Source: the human T2T-CHM13v2.0 reference genome, Homo sapiens. From it: a stretch of 64,000 nucleotides of DNA. The DNA lies in NCBI RefSeq assembly GCF_009914755.1, contig NC_060931.1. The stretch is one strand, 5' to 3'. How positions within the stretch are numbered: the first letter of the stretch is position 1; every line of letters starts with the position of its first letter. The notes below the pieces were generated by a model. The model saw nothing but the letters and a program-made list of their open reading frames with translations, was not told where the DNA came from and made no database searches. The translations under genes were made by a program, and so were the position numbers. Below, piece by piece: positions 44,476 through 57,699 of the stretch.

Positions 44476-45878
44476 CCAACAATACATCTATACTATGCAT
44501 TGTGGATGTATTTATATGTATATGAACTAGCAAGAAATAGGAAGAATAAAAAGTCGATATTTGGTAGCTGTGGAATTCTGAGAGCTCACTTCCATTTTCA
44601 AAATTTCTATTAATGCTGTTACAATAGAGTTAGTGCAATTTTTAAAATCATCTCTTTTTCTGCAACAGTTTAAATGTTTTCATATAAGTATAATCTAACA
44701 CTAAAGTGTCCTCTAAAGGGTAAAAACTCATTCTATTCTGTGAAGACTTGAAGATTTTTGAAGATTTAATATATATGTATTTAACATTTAATATTTATAA
44801 CAAGGGTGGAATGTATATATCATTATCCCTTGTTTGATAAATGAAGTCTCAGAGGTGTTGCGACATGAATGGTTTGACCAAGGTTGTATCATTTATCAAT
44901 GACAAGCAGGAGTGGAAGGAAGAACACCATAAATCCAAGTCTTGAAACTAAATCCAACTCACAATCTCTACTTTGTATTTTTCAAAGAGCCCAGTAAAGT
45001 ACAACATACTCAGTGAGAACTTGGTGAACACTGATTTTCTTAAGTGCCAGGATTAGTAAAATTATAGAGACTGTTAGCCAGTCTTCTTGACGCCAGCCTC
45101 ACCTTTTGTCTTGTTCATCATCTACATACAACTGTGAGGTGAATCTTGAAATAGAGCTTTCATCCTCTCACACTCCCATACTCAAGAACCAATAATGGCT
45201 GCAAGTTCATTTTTCAGACTCTAGATCCTGGCTTTCAGGGCCATCTATAATACGACTCTATTCCACTTCAGCCAAACTTTTTGGTTAGACCTACCTGGAG
45301 GGTACCACCCTCCCTTCCAGTAGAGCCTAGCTCTCTAATACCTCCTGTGTGATGAATAACCTCCTACGAGAATGTTTAAGTTTTACATTTCATTTTCGCA
45401 TTAATCTAAAAAGAAATAAATGTTTTTTTTAAACCTGGGCTCTTTGGATAACCAGTTAATATTGGGTGTTGACTCTCAATATCAGTGCCTGGATTTATGT
45501 CTGCACAGAGGATCACATTGGCATCAGGAAGATACCTTTAGTTGCTACGGGCTGATGTGAAAAGAAAACAGGCAGGAACAGAACACAGTGATGATATGCT
45601 AGTGCTTTATGGAGGCCAGATGCCACTGTGCAATGTCTAAGCAATGGGTTCATGGTAGTTGAAATGGAGCAGGGTGGTGGGAGAATTGAGTCATCACACA
45701 GCGCTCGCATATCAATCTGCCAAAAGCTTGTGCTGTAGCATTCACCTTTTAATGACATAAACATCAATCTGGTGACTGAAAAACATCATTTGTCAACATA
45801 AATTAACCTATTTCAACTGAATATTACTGGTTTTGTAGTTTTACGATTTAATTTGTAAATTTGCTTTGGTTTATAAAT

Positions 45879-46313
45879 TGTGTTAGGCTGTTTTTGTGTC
45901 ACATAAAGAAATATCTGAGGCTGGGTAATTTATTTAAAAAGAGATTTAATTGGTGCACAGTTCCGCAGGCTGTATAAAAAGCACGGACTGACATCTCCTC
46001 AGCCTCTGGTGAGGGCCCCAGGAAGCTTACAGTCACGGCTGAAGGTGAAGAGGAATGAGCATGTCACATGGAGAGAGCCAGAGCAAGAGAGGTGCGAGAG
46101 GGGAGAGGTCCCAGACTTTTAAACTTGAAGTTTAAACTTGAAGATCTCACATGAACTTAGGGAGAACTTACTTATCACCAAGGGGATGGTACTAAACCAT
46201 TCGTGAGGGATCTGCCCCCATGATCCAACCCCCTCCTACCAGATCCCACTTCCAACACTGGGAATCACATTTCAACCTGAGATTTTGAGGCGACACACTT
46301 TCAAACCACATCA
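45879..46313 (-). mobile_element. MSTA/MSTB MaLR LTR
   Basis: 'ataaagaaatatctgaggctgggtaattta','aggaagcttacagtcacgg','ccacttccaacactggg...accacatca'. Confidence 0.9.
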
Positions 46314-46324
46314 TAAAGGTTTGA

Positions 46325-46950
46325 ATGTCTTTGGTTGTTGTTATTATGGCTGAATAACAAATTTCTCCCAAATTTAGTGGCTTAAAACAACATTTTATTA
46401 TTATCTCTCAGGGTTCTAGTGGTTAACTGGACTCAGCTTGGCAGTTCTCACCCAGAGTCTCTCCCACAATTACTGTGGCTGGGAGAGGAGGCTTTCTCAC
46501 ATATCTGATGCCAGATCTGGGAAGACTCAAACAGTCAGGACTGGAGCAGCTGTGGCTCCTTGGGCATGTAGTCTTCCGACATGGTTCCATGGTGGCTTTA
46601 GGGTAGCCTAAATTCATACAAAGTGGCTCAGGTCTCTAAAGTCAGAGAGAAAGAGGGAGAGAGATCTGGGTAGGTAGGTAGATTAATTGATTAAATCAAT
46701 CAATAGACTTACGTAGGTGGATGGATGGATGGATGGATGGATGGATGGATGGATGGATGGATGACAAAGTGACAGACACACTGTATCACATCTTCTAATA
46801 TAGTATCAGAAGTCACCCAATCTCACTTCCACCATATTCTACTCATTAGAAGAAAGGTACCAAGGACAGCTTACAGTCAAACAGAGGGAAAGTAGACTCT
46901 ACTTTTATGGAAATGTGTCAAAGAATTTGCAAAAGTGTAAAACCACCACA
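46325..46950 (-). mobile_element. MLT1-type LTR containing (GGAT)n
   Basis: 'ccccaaatttagtggcttaaaacaac','cacttccaccatattctactcatt'; (GGAT)n at 46718-46763. Confidence 0.75.
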
Positions 46951-47060
46951 ATTATACAGTTCCTTCCCCTTCTTGTTTGCTAATCTAAATCTTGTCATCT
47001 TTTGCAGCTGGCTTAAGTGTCCCCAGCCCCTAGAAGACACCCCAGGTTTCTCCAGACCTC

Positions 47061-47150
47061 AGTCTCCTTTGATAAAACGAGTCTCCTTTGATAAAACGAG
47101 TCTCCTTTGATAAAAGGAGACTATATTACAGCCTATAGTCTGTAATATAG
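47061..47150. repeat. 19-bp tandem x3 plus two adjacent hairpins
   Basis: agtctcctttgataaaacg at 47061, 47080, 47099 (third ends ...aaaaggagact); palindrome 47121-47150. Confidence 0.95.
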
Positions 47151-48489
47151 AGGTAAACCTTTCATTGTATTCTGCCTCATATTGCTTTGTTTCTGATGAT
47201 GGTAACAAAAGTTATGACCGATATTATGTATCTACATAATCTAATTACATTAAAATCCTTATTTTATATGTATGATCTAATTAAATTAAAATCCTTGTAA
47301 CAATTCTGTCTTCTTAGCCCAATTTTACAGAAGAGATTCAGAGAAGTTGAGAGAATTGCCCAAGATCACTTCTACTGAGCTAAAGTCTGTTTGACTCCAA
47401 AGCCTCTTCTTAAGCACTATGCTATATACTGTTTCCTATAATTTAAGTCGTATATGTGGAGTATGATTGAGAAGCATAAAGGGTGGAAAATAGAAGAGGA
47501 AAAGGCGGAAGGAACAAGAGATACATGAGGACAGTGATGTCAGAGCCTGACCATATTGGCTGCTTCAAGGAAGCCCAGCACCCTGGTTACCGACCCTCCC
47601 CCTGCCACCATTATCTTCTCCAACACGCTCCATCTTCTTCCTGCATTCCCCGTCTGGAATTGTTGGGTCAGTCATTAATTCAACTCTCCGTAGCCCTGTC
47701 AGTCTCTCCATCTTTGAGGCAGCAATCATAAAATGCACCTGCATCCACAGTGACATTTGGAGGACAAAGGTACTTTGCACATATAAGTGCCAAATATGCA
47801 AGATCACCACTCAGAGATGAAAGGTGATCAGGGAAACTGAACTCTTCAGCTGAAGTTCCTAACACTGATTTATCATTAAGTTTAGGCACACCATAAAGTC
47901 AACACCCATTTGAGTGCAAACACAATATGCCCTATCACTCACTGCATTTAGTACAATCAATTTAATGTCCTCATTTAAATATCTCTCTGAAAGATGATCT
48001 CTGGAAATGGGGTGGATTTTCGGTGTTATCCTCAGCAAGTGAATTTTCATAATATGAAAGGCCATTTCTGAGGGTTTGCAACTACTTAAATAAGAAGTGA
48101 TAAATAAGGGTCATACAAATTTATTGCTGCTAGAATGCTTTACATTAGTAGGGGTACTGCAAATTTGCTTTTCATTAACCTAACAAGCAGAATTTAATAG
48201 TTGAACAGGACTTGGAAAGTGCCTGCCCATCAGGCGAGGCACCACAACTTTTCCACTTGGAACAAGAGGCCAATCCATTAGTGAGATTGCACAATGATGA
48301 AAACGTATCTAAGTATTCAGTTATGTCTTCAGTTATATTTATGCCCTGCAAATGGGGTTGCCCTGCCAGAAATTTGAGCACTGGCCAGTTCATGACTGCC
48401 AGGGGGTTAAATTTAAAAGCTATTTTTTAACCAAAATTATTAGGAAGACAGAAAGGGTAAAGTAAAATGAATCTGAGCACTGAAGGGGA

Positions 48490-48715
48490 TGCAGTATGCT
48501 GGATAAGAGGGCAGTGTTGGGGCATTTTTCTCTGCCACGGACTAGGCACATAACTTGGAACAGGTTACAGTATTTATCTTTAAACTTGAATCTCCTCATT
48601 TGTGAATTGAAGATCATAATAGAGTTGATTCAAAAATTATAAGAATATCAATAGAAGTGTTCAAAACAGTGAAAAGCATAAAATAAAAGTTCAATACATT
48701 ATTGTTATTACTATC
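48490..48715 (+). mobile_element. MIR
   Basis: 'aatctcctcatttgtgaattgaagatcataata'. Confidence 0.65.
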
Positions 48716-49479
48716 ATTGGGGAATACAAAAAAATGTCATTTCTTCTGTCTTCTCTCTCTCTGTTATAATGGATTTATTTAATCTTTTGTGATTTATAAA
48801 CCCCTTTAAGAATCTGATGCAAAACTATAATCTGTTTCTCCAGAAAAGTGCACATATGCACACACTCAATATTTTGCAATTTCAGAGTTTCGAGGACTCC
48901 CTGGATACCTAAAAGCTCTGCTCTCACTTATCTTTCTATTCTCCCTTACTGTCATTTTGAAGTTCTGTGGCTATCTATATTTTACAACTACTTAATTAGT
49001 CTTAATCGTAGCTTCCGAAAATAAAAAAGCCAACTCTGTAAAACTATCAGCATTTATATTTCAGATTTGATAAAATTTAAGATCAAGGTAATCAGTCAAT
49101 CAAAACATTACAGTCTGTTTTAAGCTTATTAGCCCCTTTCCAAAAGAGTGATTCTAAGTTGATAGTAGAGTTCTCAGAACACATTAGCTCTTAGTAACTG
49201 TATTAAAAATGACAGCTCCATTACCAGGACACTGTTCAGAACATATTTAGCCCATGAGGTTAACACTGAACTAATTATCTTCTCCAACAAACTCAATCTT
49301 CTTCCTGCATTCTCCATTTTGAATTATTGAGTCAATCATTAATTCATTTACCCATTCAGCAACTATACTAAGTGCTGGCAAGGTATAACAGAAGAAATCA
49401 GGCCCTACCTTTCAGGAGGAGAAATGTAGGTAAGCAAATCAAGGATTCTGGGGACTAGAATGAAATATGAGCCGGGTGT

Positions 49480-49894
49480 TGGGCAGTGGAGTACATTGTA
49501 TGATTTTTTCCCCAGGTATTCATTCTGCCCTTCTCTAGAGGTAAACCTCCCAACCTCACTGATGTTGGTCTTGGCCATGGGACTTGCTGTGGCCAATGAA
49601 ATATGAGCAGGCAAGTTGTACATCACAAGTGAACAGAAGCTTTAAATATAACCATGTGTTTTGACTAGGACTTTTACTTGCACTTCTGATATCTGCCACA
49701 AGAAAGAGCATATCCCAGGGAACAGCTGTTCCTTCAGCCTGGGTCCTGGGATGGAGAGGCAGGTGGAGCAAATCTGTAGCCAATCTGCAGCCCAGAGCAG
49801 AGCTGCACCCCTCAGCCTTCATATAATGAGCATGAGATAAGTGTCTTTTATTCTAATCTGGAGTTGTTAGTGCAGCAAAACCTAACCAATACAG
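49480..49894 (+). mobile_element. MLT1J-like LTR
   Basis: 'tggccatgggacttgctgtggccaatgaaat','ttccttcagcctgggtcc', end 'aacctaaccaataca'. Confidence 0.78.
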
Positions 49895-49999
49895 ATGAGC
49901 TTAAAGAAGAGCATATTCATTTCTACCTGAGGAGACAGTGCAGCCAAAAAGATTTTGAGAAGCTAATGATGCTGGTAGGGTTGGTATGGAGGTTGCATG

Positions 50000-50362
50000 G
50001 GTATCGTAGTAACCTGAAGCTGCAATAACAAAATACCATTGACTAGGGTGGCTTAAACCACAGAAATTTACTTCTCTCGCAGTTCTGGAGGCTGGGAAGT
50101 GATTTGGGTGCCAGGTGATTCAGTTCCTAGTGAGAGCTCTCTTTCTGGGTTGCAGACAGCCGCCTTCTTGTGTTCTTACATGGCAGAGAGAGAGAAGGCT
50201 CTCTCCTGTTTCTTCTTATAAAGGTATTAATCGCATTCATGAGGGCTCCATCCTCATGACCTAATTACCTCCCAAAGGCTCCATCTCCAAGTACCATCAT
50301 ACTGGGGGCTGAGATGTCAACTTATGAATGCTGGGGGGAAACCCAACTCTGTCCATAGCAGC
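50000..50362 (-). mobile_element. MLT1A-like LTR
   Basis: 'cagttctggaggctgggaag','ctcatgacctaattacctcccaaagg'. Confidence 0.85.
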
Positions 50363-50408
50363 AGGTTTTGAAGTAAGGTACAGAGATTGAGGCATCTGAA
50401 TTGATCAT

Positions 50409-50770
50409 TGTTTTAGCCTACTTTGTGCTGCTATAACAGAATACCACAGACTAGGTAATTTATAGCGAATACAAATTCATTTGACTGAAAGTTCTGGGAA
50501 GTCAAAGATTGAGGGGCCACATCTGGTGAAGGCCTTCTTGCTCTGTCATAACATAGAGAAAGGCATCACATGGGTGAGAGAGCAAGGCAGGGCAAGACAG
50601 TGTTGAATTTGCTTTTATAACAAACCCACTCCTGCCGTAACAACTCAAATCCATTTATGAGGGCAGAGCTCTTATGACCTAAACAGCTCCCAATAGGCCC
50701 CACATGACATTGTTGTATTGAGAATTAACTTTCCAAGACATGATCTTTGGGGAACACATTCAATCCACAG
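50409..50770 (-). mobile_element. MSTC/D-like LTR
   Basis: 'tgctgctataacagaataccacagactaggtaattta','atctggtgaaggccttcttgct'. Confidence 0.82.
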
Positions 50771-50774
50771 AAGT

Positions 50775-51500
50775 TATGAAGGGCCTAGTACAGCAAACTA
50801 AGGAATTTTATCATATCTTTAACACGTGACCTTTAACATCATTTTAAAAAATGGAGCAAAAGGGGCCTAATTTGCATTTCAAAAAGTTATTTAATCATAG
50901 TGTGGTTGTGTGGAGGATTCACACAGATATAAGGCCAGTACCAAAGATATTAGATGATTACAATAGTCCAGGTGAGATCCTTGAAGCTTTGCAGCCAGGC
51001 TGGCCACGTGACGTGATTCAGCAGCCCTGATTAGCACCAGAGAGGGTAAGGGGGTGATGTGAGGCATGATAAGGAGTACAATTTCAAGGACTAGAATGCT
51101 GATAAGATACAGGAAGTGAGATAAAGAGAGGAACAAAGAATCACTCCCAGATTTCTGCCTCAGATAACAGGATCGATGGCAGTGCCACTAACAAATATAA
51201 GAGAATAACAGGAAGGGGCAAAGGAAAATAAGTCATTTAGTCTTGAATATTCTGTGCTGAGGTTCCTTTGGGACACTGAGGTCCACGTGCCAACAAAGAG
51301 GTTCGAATTGGAAATTCTGCTGTGGAGTGAAGGGGATCATCCTAGGAATGTGCAGGTAAAGGGAACTAACAGGCCCTGAGAGCAACTAATAGCTGAAGCA
51401 ATGAGAAGCTGAGGAAGAGAAGCCCACAGAGGAGACAGAGATGAAATGATCAGGGAAGTAGGAGAAAAGTGAAGAGATGGTAGTGTCACGGAAAAGAGTG
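50775..51500 (-). mobile_element. L2 fragments
   Basis: 'caatagtccaggtgagat','tcactcccagatttctg','agtgtcacggaa' L2 motifs; boundaries approximate. Confidence 0.6.
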
Positions 51501-51965
51501 CGAGTACTTATGTACTGAATCTTCTCTCCACTGAAACCCAAGGTGAAAAAGGGATGCCTCCAAACTGAGATGTAAAGTAGCCCCCAAAGAGAAGGGAACC
51601 CTTCACCAGCCATAGCTACTAAAAGCCACAGAGAGAAGGTGACCCATTGCCATGACAGGAAAACGCTCCCTTGGCAATCACAAGTAAAAATGAAGTGGAC
51701 AACACAATGCAATAGGAAGAGCAAGCGCCCACTGCCATGACCAAAGAACCTCTGGCTCTGTTGTGGCCATATTTGTATTTAAAATGCAGTTTGGAAGTGG
51801 GGGTTTCTACATGCTAGTGACTTCCGTTTTGCACAGCACTATATGGGAAACTTGGGACTGCTGAGTAATGACTAGGAGTTGGGGTGCCATTGATTCTCAG
51901 TGTGTCAGAGGGAGCAAGCCAGCCTGAAGTCGACATCCATCAGTTCAGTTATTTAAAAAATGGAT

Positions 51966-52497
51966 TGTAACCAAAGGGAGATTCAGTTGATTGCCACTTG
52001 CAAAACCGAATAACAAGGATGAATTGTGATAGAAAGTCAGTGACTTTATTTTTCCATAGCTAGCAGTGAAGAAACTGTCCAGTCTCCTGTCTTAACGAAA
52101 CCGTATCAAATTTTCAAGCAAAATGCAAAGGAGTTAAAAAGAGGAGTTTGGGGTGAAGGGCATGCAAGACGGGCAAGGCTGTGCAGGTCTACATGACTTG
52201 TTCTGATGACTTAAGTTACTGCTCCATCTGGTGAATAGGCTGGTGCCATCTTGGGCTCAACCAGGTTATAAATTAACTGTGTCCTTGAAGCAACCTCCTG
52301 GTAGGGGAGAATTCCGTAGGCACCTGGATTGTCTCAAGATTCAGTCTTTGGAACTTCTAAGCAAACATAGAATTAGATAAGCTACCAGTGCAAGGGAGGG
52401 CCTGGTGGAAAGGAGAGTAAAGGTTATTATTTCATTACTAAGAAATTAACACAAAGGGCAACAGAAAGAAAGCTTAAAAACAGGGTACCTGGTTACA
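51966..52497 (-). mobile_element. ERV1 (MER4-group, MER66/67-like) solo LTR
   Basis: Inverted termini TGTAACCA...TGGTTACA, 532 bp, AATAAA on minus near 52045. Confidence 0.75.
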
Positions 52498-52514
52498 ATA
52501 TGACCTTGGCCAAG

Positions 52515-52735
52515 TTTGTTCATTCATGTGTCTATTTGTTAATAGTTTATCAGTGCTTACTTTGTGCCAGATGCTATGCCAACAGTTGGAGATACAGTAG
52601 TGAACAAGATTGATAAGTCTGCCCTCGTGGAATACTGATTTCTGGAAGGAGATGCAGGCATTAATCATGTAAATAAATAAAAAGATAATATCTACCTGTG
52701 ATAGTAACATTAAGGAAGTAAACAGGCAGATGAGA
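52515..52735 (-). mobile_element. L2 3' end
   Basis: 'tttatcagtgcttactttgtgccag...gatacagtagtgaacaag...tctgccctcgtgga'. Confidence 0.78.
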
Positions 52736-52741
52736 TAAACT

Positions 52742-52925
52742 GATGGCCCTCAAACTCAAGCGGCACGTATTGGAGTCATAGCAGTAGGGCTCCTTGAAAC
52801 AGACTGCTGGACTCCATCCTCAGAGTTTCCGTGGGTCTGGGGTATGGCCTGAAAGTGTGCATATTTCACAAATTCTCAGGTAATGGGGATACTGCTGGTC
52901 CAGGGATCAAACCTTGAGAACCAAA
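52742..52925. mobile_element. MER5A
   Basis: 'ggtctggggtatggcctga...tgctggtccagggatc..accttgagaacca'. Confidence 0.8.
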
Positions 52926-53036
52926 GAGATAGAGAGTAACTACAGGAGGTTTTTAAAATAATAATAAATAACACTTATGTAGGCTTTATGGCATTTCAGG
53001 TGCTAGTTTAAATGACTATGTTAACCCATTTAATCC

Positions 53037-53335
<299 letters not shown>

Positions 53336-53834
53336 CCCCTTTAATTCTTACAGCAATTTTGTGAAGGAGAAACTAACAGGGTGCCCATTTTAGAGATGGG
53401 AACACAGACACAGAGCTGGTGTTAAGTCTGATGGCCTAGGCCTTTAGGCTATTGGATGGAGGTATTGCAATTCAGCCCCCAGGCAGTGGGCTGCAGGGCT
53501 TAGTTGCTCTCCTTTCCCATGATTTGCAAGTAAAGGCTGGCTTCTCTGAGCAGGCGGTGTTTGAGTTGAGACCTGCAGGCTCTGAATGAGAAACCATGTA
53601 AAGAGCTGGGGAGAGAGCATTCCCAAGCAGAGGAAACAGCAAATGCAAAGAACCAGGAGTAGAAGAGAGCTCAATGTCATTAAAGTAAAGCGACAATGTG
53701 GCTGGAGTTAGAAACGTGGTACAATAAGAGGTTGCGGTGTTAGGCAGAGGATAGGATCAGTGGACACCTGTGGGCCACATTTTGTTTGCATTTTATTTTA
53801 AAAGCAACTGGAAGTAAAAAAAAATAATGTTTTA

Positions 53835-56800
53835 AATTAAATGTTTCATTTTAAGAGATAAATGTAAATTCCCATGCGGTTGTCAGAAATAATACAGAGA
53901 GAATGGGTGTTCTCTTTACCCAGTTTCCCCCCAGTGGCTGCATCTTGTAAATCCATAGTGATATCACAAAGAAGATATTATCATTGATAGAGTCAAGATT
54001 CAGAACATTTCCATCACCACAAGGACTCCCCATCTTATCCTTTGATAGCCACTTTCACTTTCCAGTCACCTTCTTCCCTTCCTCCATCCTTAACTTCTGT
54101 TAACCACACATCTGTAATAGACTTTTATAATTTTGTCATTTCAAGAATGTTATATAAATTGAATTGTATAGTATAACCTTTTGGGATTTACTTTTTTCAC
54201 TAAGTAATTCACTGGAGAGTCCATTGTCCACTTTGTTGTATATGTCAGTAGTTCATTCCTTTTTATTGATGAGTAATATTCCATGGTGGGATGGACCACA
54301 GTTTAACCATTCACCTGTCGAAGGACAACTGGGTTATTTCCAATTTAGGGCTATTACAAACAAAGCTTCTATAAACATGCATGTATAGGTTTTGCATGCA
54401 TTATTTCTCTGGAATAAATGCACAGGAGTACAATTGATGGGTCATAAGGTAGTTGCATGTTTAGTTTTTCAAGAAACTGCCAAACTGTTTTCCAGAGTGG
54501 CTATGCCATTTTACATTCCCACCAGCAATGTATGAGTGATTCCATTTCTCTGCATCCTCACCAAAATGTGGTGTTGCTACTATTTTTGATTTTACCCATT
54601 CTGACCCATATGTGGTAATATCTCGTTATAGTTTTAATTTACATTTCCCAATGGCTAATGATGGTGAACATCTTTTCATGTGCTTATTAGCCATCTGTTT
54701 ATGTTCTTCAGAGAAATGTCTCTTCATTTCTTTTGCCCATGTTCTAATTGGATTGTTCAATTTTTTATTCTTGAGTTTTGAAAGTATTTTGTAAATGCTA
54801 CATTCTAATCCTTTGTCAGATATGTGGTTTACGAATACGACCCCCTACTCTGTAGCTCATCTTTTCAACTCTTCACAGGGTTTTTTGCAAAGCAAAACTT
54901 TTTAGTCTTGATAAAATACAGTTTATCAATTTTTCCTTTCATGAATTGTACATTTGGTGTCAAGTCTAAGACTCTTAGTCCAGCTCAAGGTCCTAAAGAT
55001 TTTCTCCCATTTTAAAAAACGTGATAAGTTTATGTTTTACATTTAAGTCTGTGATTAATTTTGAGTTAATGTTTATATAATGGGTGAGGTTTATGGTGAG
55101 GCTTCATTTTTTTGTTTGTGAATGTCCAACTGCTTCAGCATCATTTCTTGGAAAACTTATCGTTCCTCTGATGAACTGTTTTGCACCTTTGTCAAAAATC
55201 AGTTGGGCATATTTGTATGAGTCTATTGCTGGGTTTTCTGTTGTGTTCTATTGATCTATATGTCTATCCCTTCACCAGTACCTCATAGTCTTGATTACGT
55301 AATAGGTCAAAACTGGGTAGATTGTTTCCTCTTCCTTAACTTTTTTGAAATATTTTAGCTATACTACTTCCTTATTTTATATAAATTGTATAACAATCTT
55401 GACTATATCCACAAAAAAATCCTATTGGAATTTTAGTAGAAATTGTGTTAAACCTGTATATCAATTTGGGGAGCATTGACATCTGTAATATGTTGAGTCT
55501 TCCAATCCATGAACACTGTATATCTCTTCATTTTTTTAAATTTCTTTCATCAGTGTTTTGTAGTTTTCATCATACCAGTACTATTCATGTTTTTATAGAT
55601 TTACATCTAAGTATTTCGTTTTTGTTCTTGAATAATTATAAATAATGTTAGTATTTTTATTTCAGTCTTCAGGGTTTCATTGATAATATATGAAATACAA
55701 TCAATTTTTGGATGTTTATCTTGTATTTTGCTGAACTTACTCATTAGCCCTAAGAATTTTTTTTTTTTTTTTGGTGAATTCTTGGGGATTTTCTAAGTGG
55801 GTTATTATGTCATCTTCAAATAGGGATAGTTTTATTTGTTTCTTTCCAAACTGTATGTCTTTTATTTTTTTTTCTTGCCTTATTGTACCAGTTAGGACAT
55901 CCAGCACTATGCTGAATAAGACTAGTAAGAGTAAACAGTCTTGCTTAAGTCCTGATAAAACGGAGAAAACATTCAGTCTTTCACTATTGAATTTAACATT
56001 GGCTATAGATTTTTTTGTAGGTGCTCTTTACAATGTTGACAAAGTTCTCCCTATTCCATTTTCTGAGAGTTTTTTTATCATGAATTATTGAATTTTGTCA
56101 AATGTTTTTTCTACCATGATTGATATGATCATGAAATTTTACTTCTTTAGCCTGATAATATGGTGGCTTCCATTGGCTTATTATCAAATATTAAATCAAC
56201 TTTGTTTCCTGTAATAAGCCTCACATTGTCATGGTATATAATTTATTTTATACGTTGCTGAATTCTATTTGCTAATAGTTTATTAAGGATTCTTGTGTCT
56301 ATACTCATAAGGAATATTGGTCTGTAATTTTCCTTTTTTGTGCTGTTTTTGTCGAGTTTTGATATCAGGGCAATACTAGCTTTTAAAAAAATGAATAGAG
56401 AAGTTTTTCTTTCTTTCTATTTTCTGAAAGAGATTGTGTAGAACTGGTTGTTAACTCTTCTTTAAACATATGGTAGAATTCTCTGATGAAACCATCTGGG
56501 CCTGAAGATGTTCTGGGGAATTTTTAAATTACAAATTTGATTTCCTTAGTAGTTATAAAACTATTCAATCTACTTCATGTTGGGTAAGTTGTGGTCGTTT
56601 TTGGTTTTCCAGGAATTGGTTTATTTTGTCTACATTTTCAGGTATATGTGTGTAGAGTTACTCATAGTATTCCTTTATTATTCTTTTGACATGTTCAGGG
56701 TCAATAAAGATAGCCTGTTTCCTGCCTAATGTTGGTAATTTGTGTCTTTTCTTTTTGTCTTTGTCAGTTTTGCAAGATGTTTCTCAATTTTATTGATCTT

Positions 56801-57572
56801 TTCAAAGAGCCAGTTCTCTGTTTCACTGATTTTTTACTATTTTCTGTTTTCAATTTTATTGATTTGTATTCTAATCTTCTCATTTTATTCCTTCTGCTTG
56901 TTTTTGGCTTATTTTGCAATTTTTTTTAGGTTCTTGAGATAGGAGCTTAGATTATGGATTTAAGAGTTTTCCTTTTTTTAATGTACACATTTAGTGTTAC
57001 AAATTTCCCTCTCATTGCTGCATTAGCTGTGTCCCACAAATTTTGATACATTGTAATTTGACTTACATTTAGTTAGTTTTCTTTATTTCCCTTGAGACTT
57101 CCTGTTTGACCCATAGATTATTTAGAAGTGTATTGTTAATTTCTATGTGTTTAGAGATTTTCCTCCTGTAAGTGTATTGTTAATTTCTATGTGTTTAGAG
57201 ATTTTCCTCCTATCTTTTTTATAGATTTCTATTTTTATTTCAATGTAGTTGAAAAACACACTGTATCCTTTTCGTTCTTTTAAATTCATTAAGGTTTGTT
57301 TTACGGCCCAAGATACAGTCTATTTCACATATATTCTATGGACACTGCTATTATTGGGTGAAGCGTTCCATAAATGTTGATTCCATCCTGGTGCTCAGCA
57401 GTGTTGAGTTTTCCATGTCCTTGCTGATTTCTGTCTGGGTATTCTGCTAATGGTTGAGAAAGGAGTATCAAAGTTTTCAACCATGACTGTGGGTTTGTCT
57501 GTTCCTCCTTTCAGTCCTATCAATTTTTGCTTCACATATTTTGCAGTTTTTGCTTCACATATTTTGCAGCTC
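53835..57572 (-). mobile_element. L1MC-type LINE, 3' UTR plus degenerate ORF2 (~3.7 kb)
   Basis: 'gaaataatacagagaga...tttacccagtttcccc' 3' end; 'aactgccaaactgttttccagagtgg','ttttcatgtgcttattagccat','gcacctttgtcaaaaatcagttg'. Confidence 0.92.
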
Positions 57573-57699
57573 CACCTATTGAAGGAAATAGTGTCAAAGT
57601 ATTATGGGCAAGTTTTTTTTTTTTTAACTTTTATTTTAGGCTTGTGGGTGGACATGTGTTAAAACCACATGATATAAAGCAAATCCCTTCACTTATACC

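Noticed and set aside
47061-47122. CRISPR-like array
   Set aside because: Units are directly adjacent with no unique spacers; eukaryotic context.
48290-48400. C/D snoRNA from the ATGATGA box (also 12908)
   Set aside because: No suitably placed terminal D box with a closing stem.
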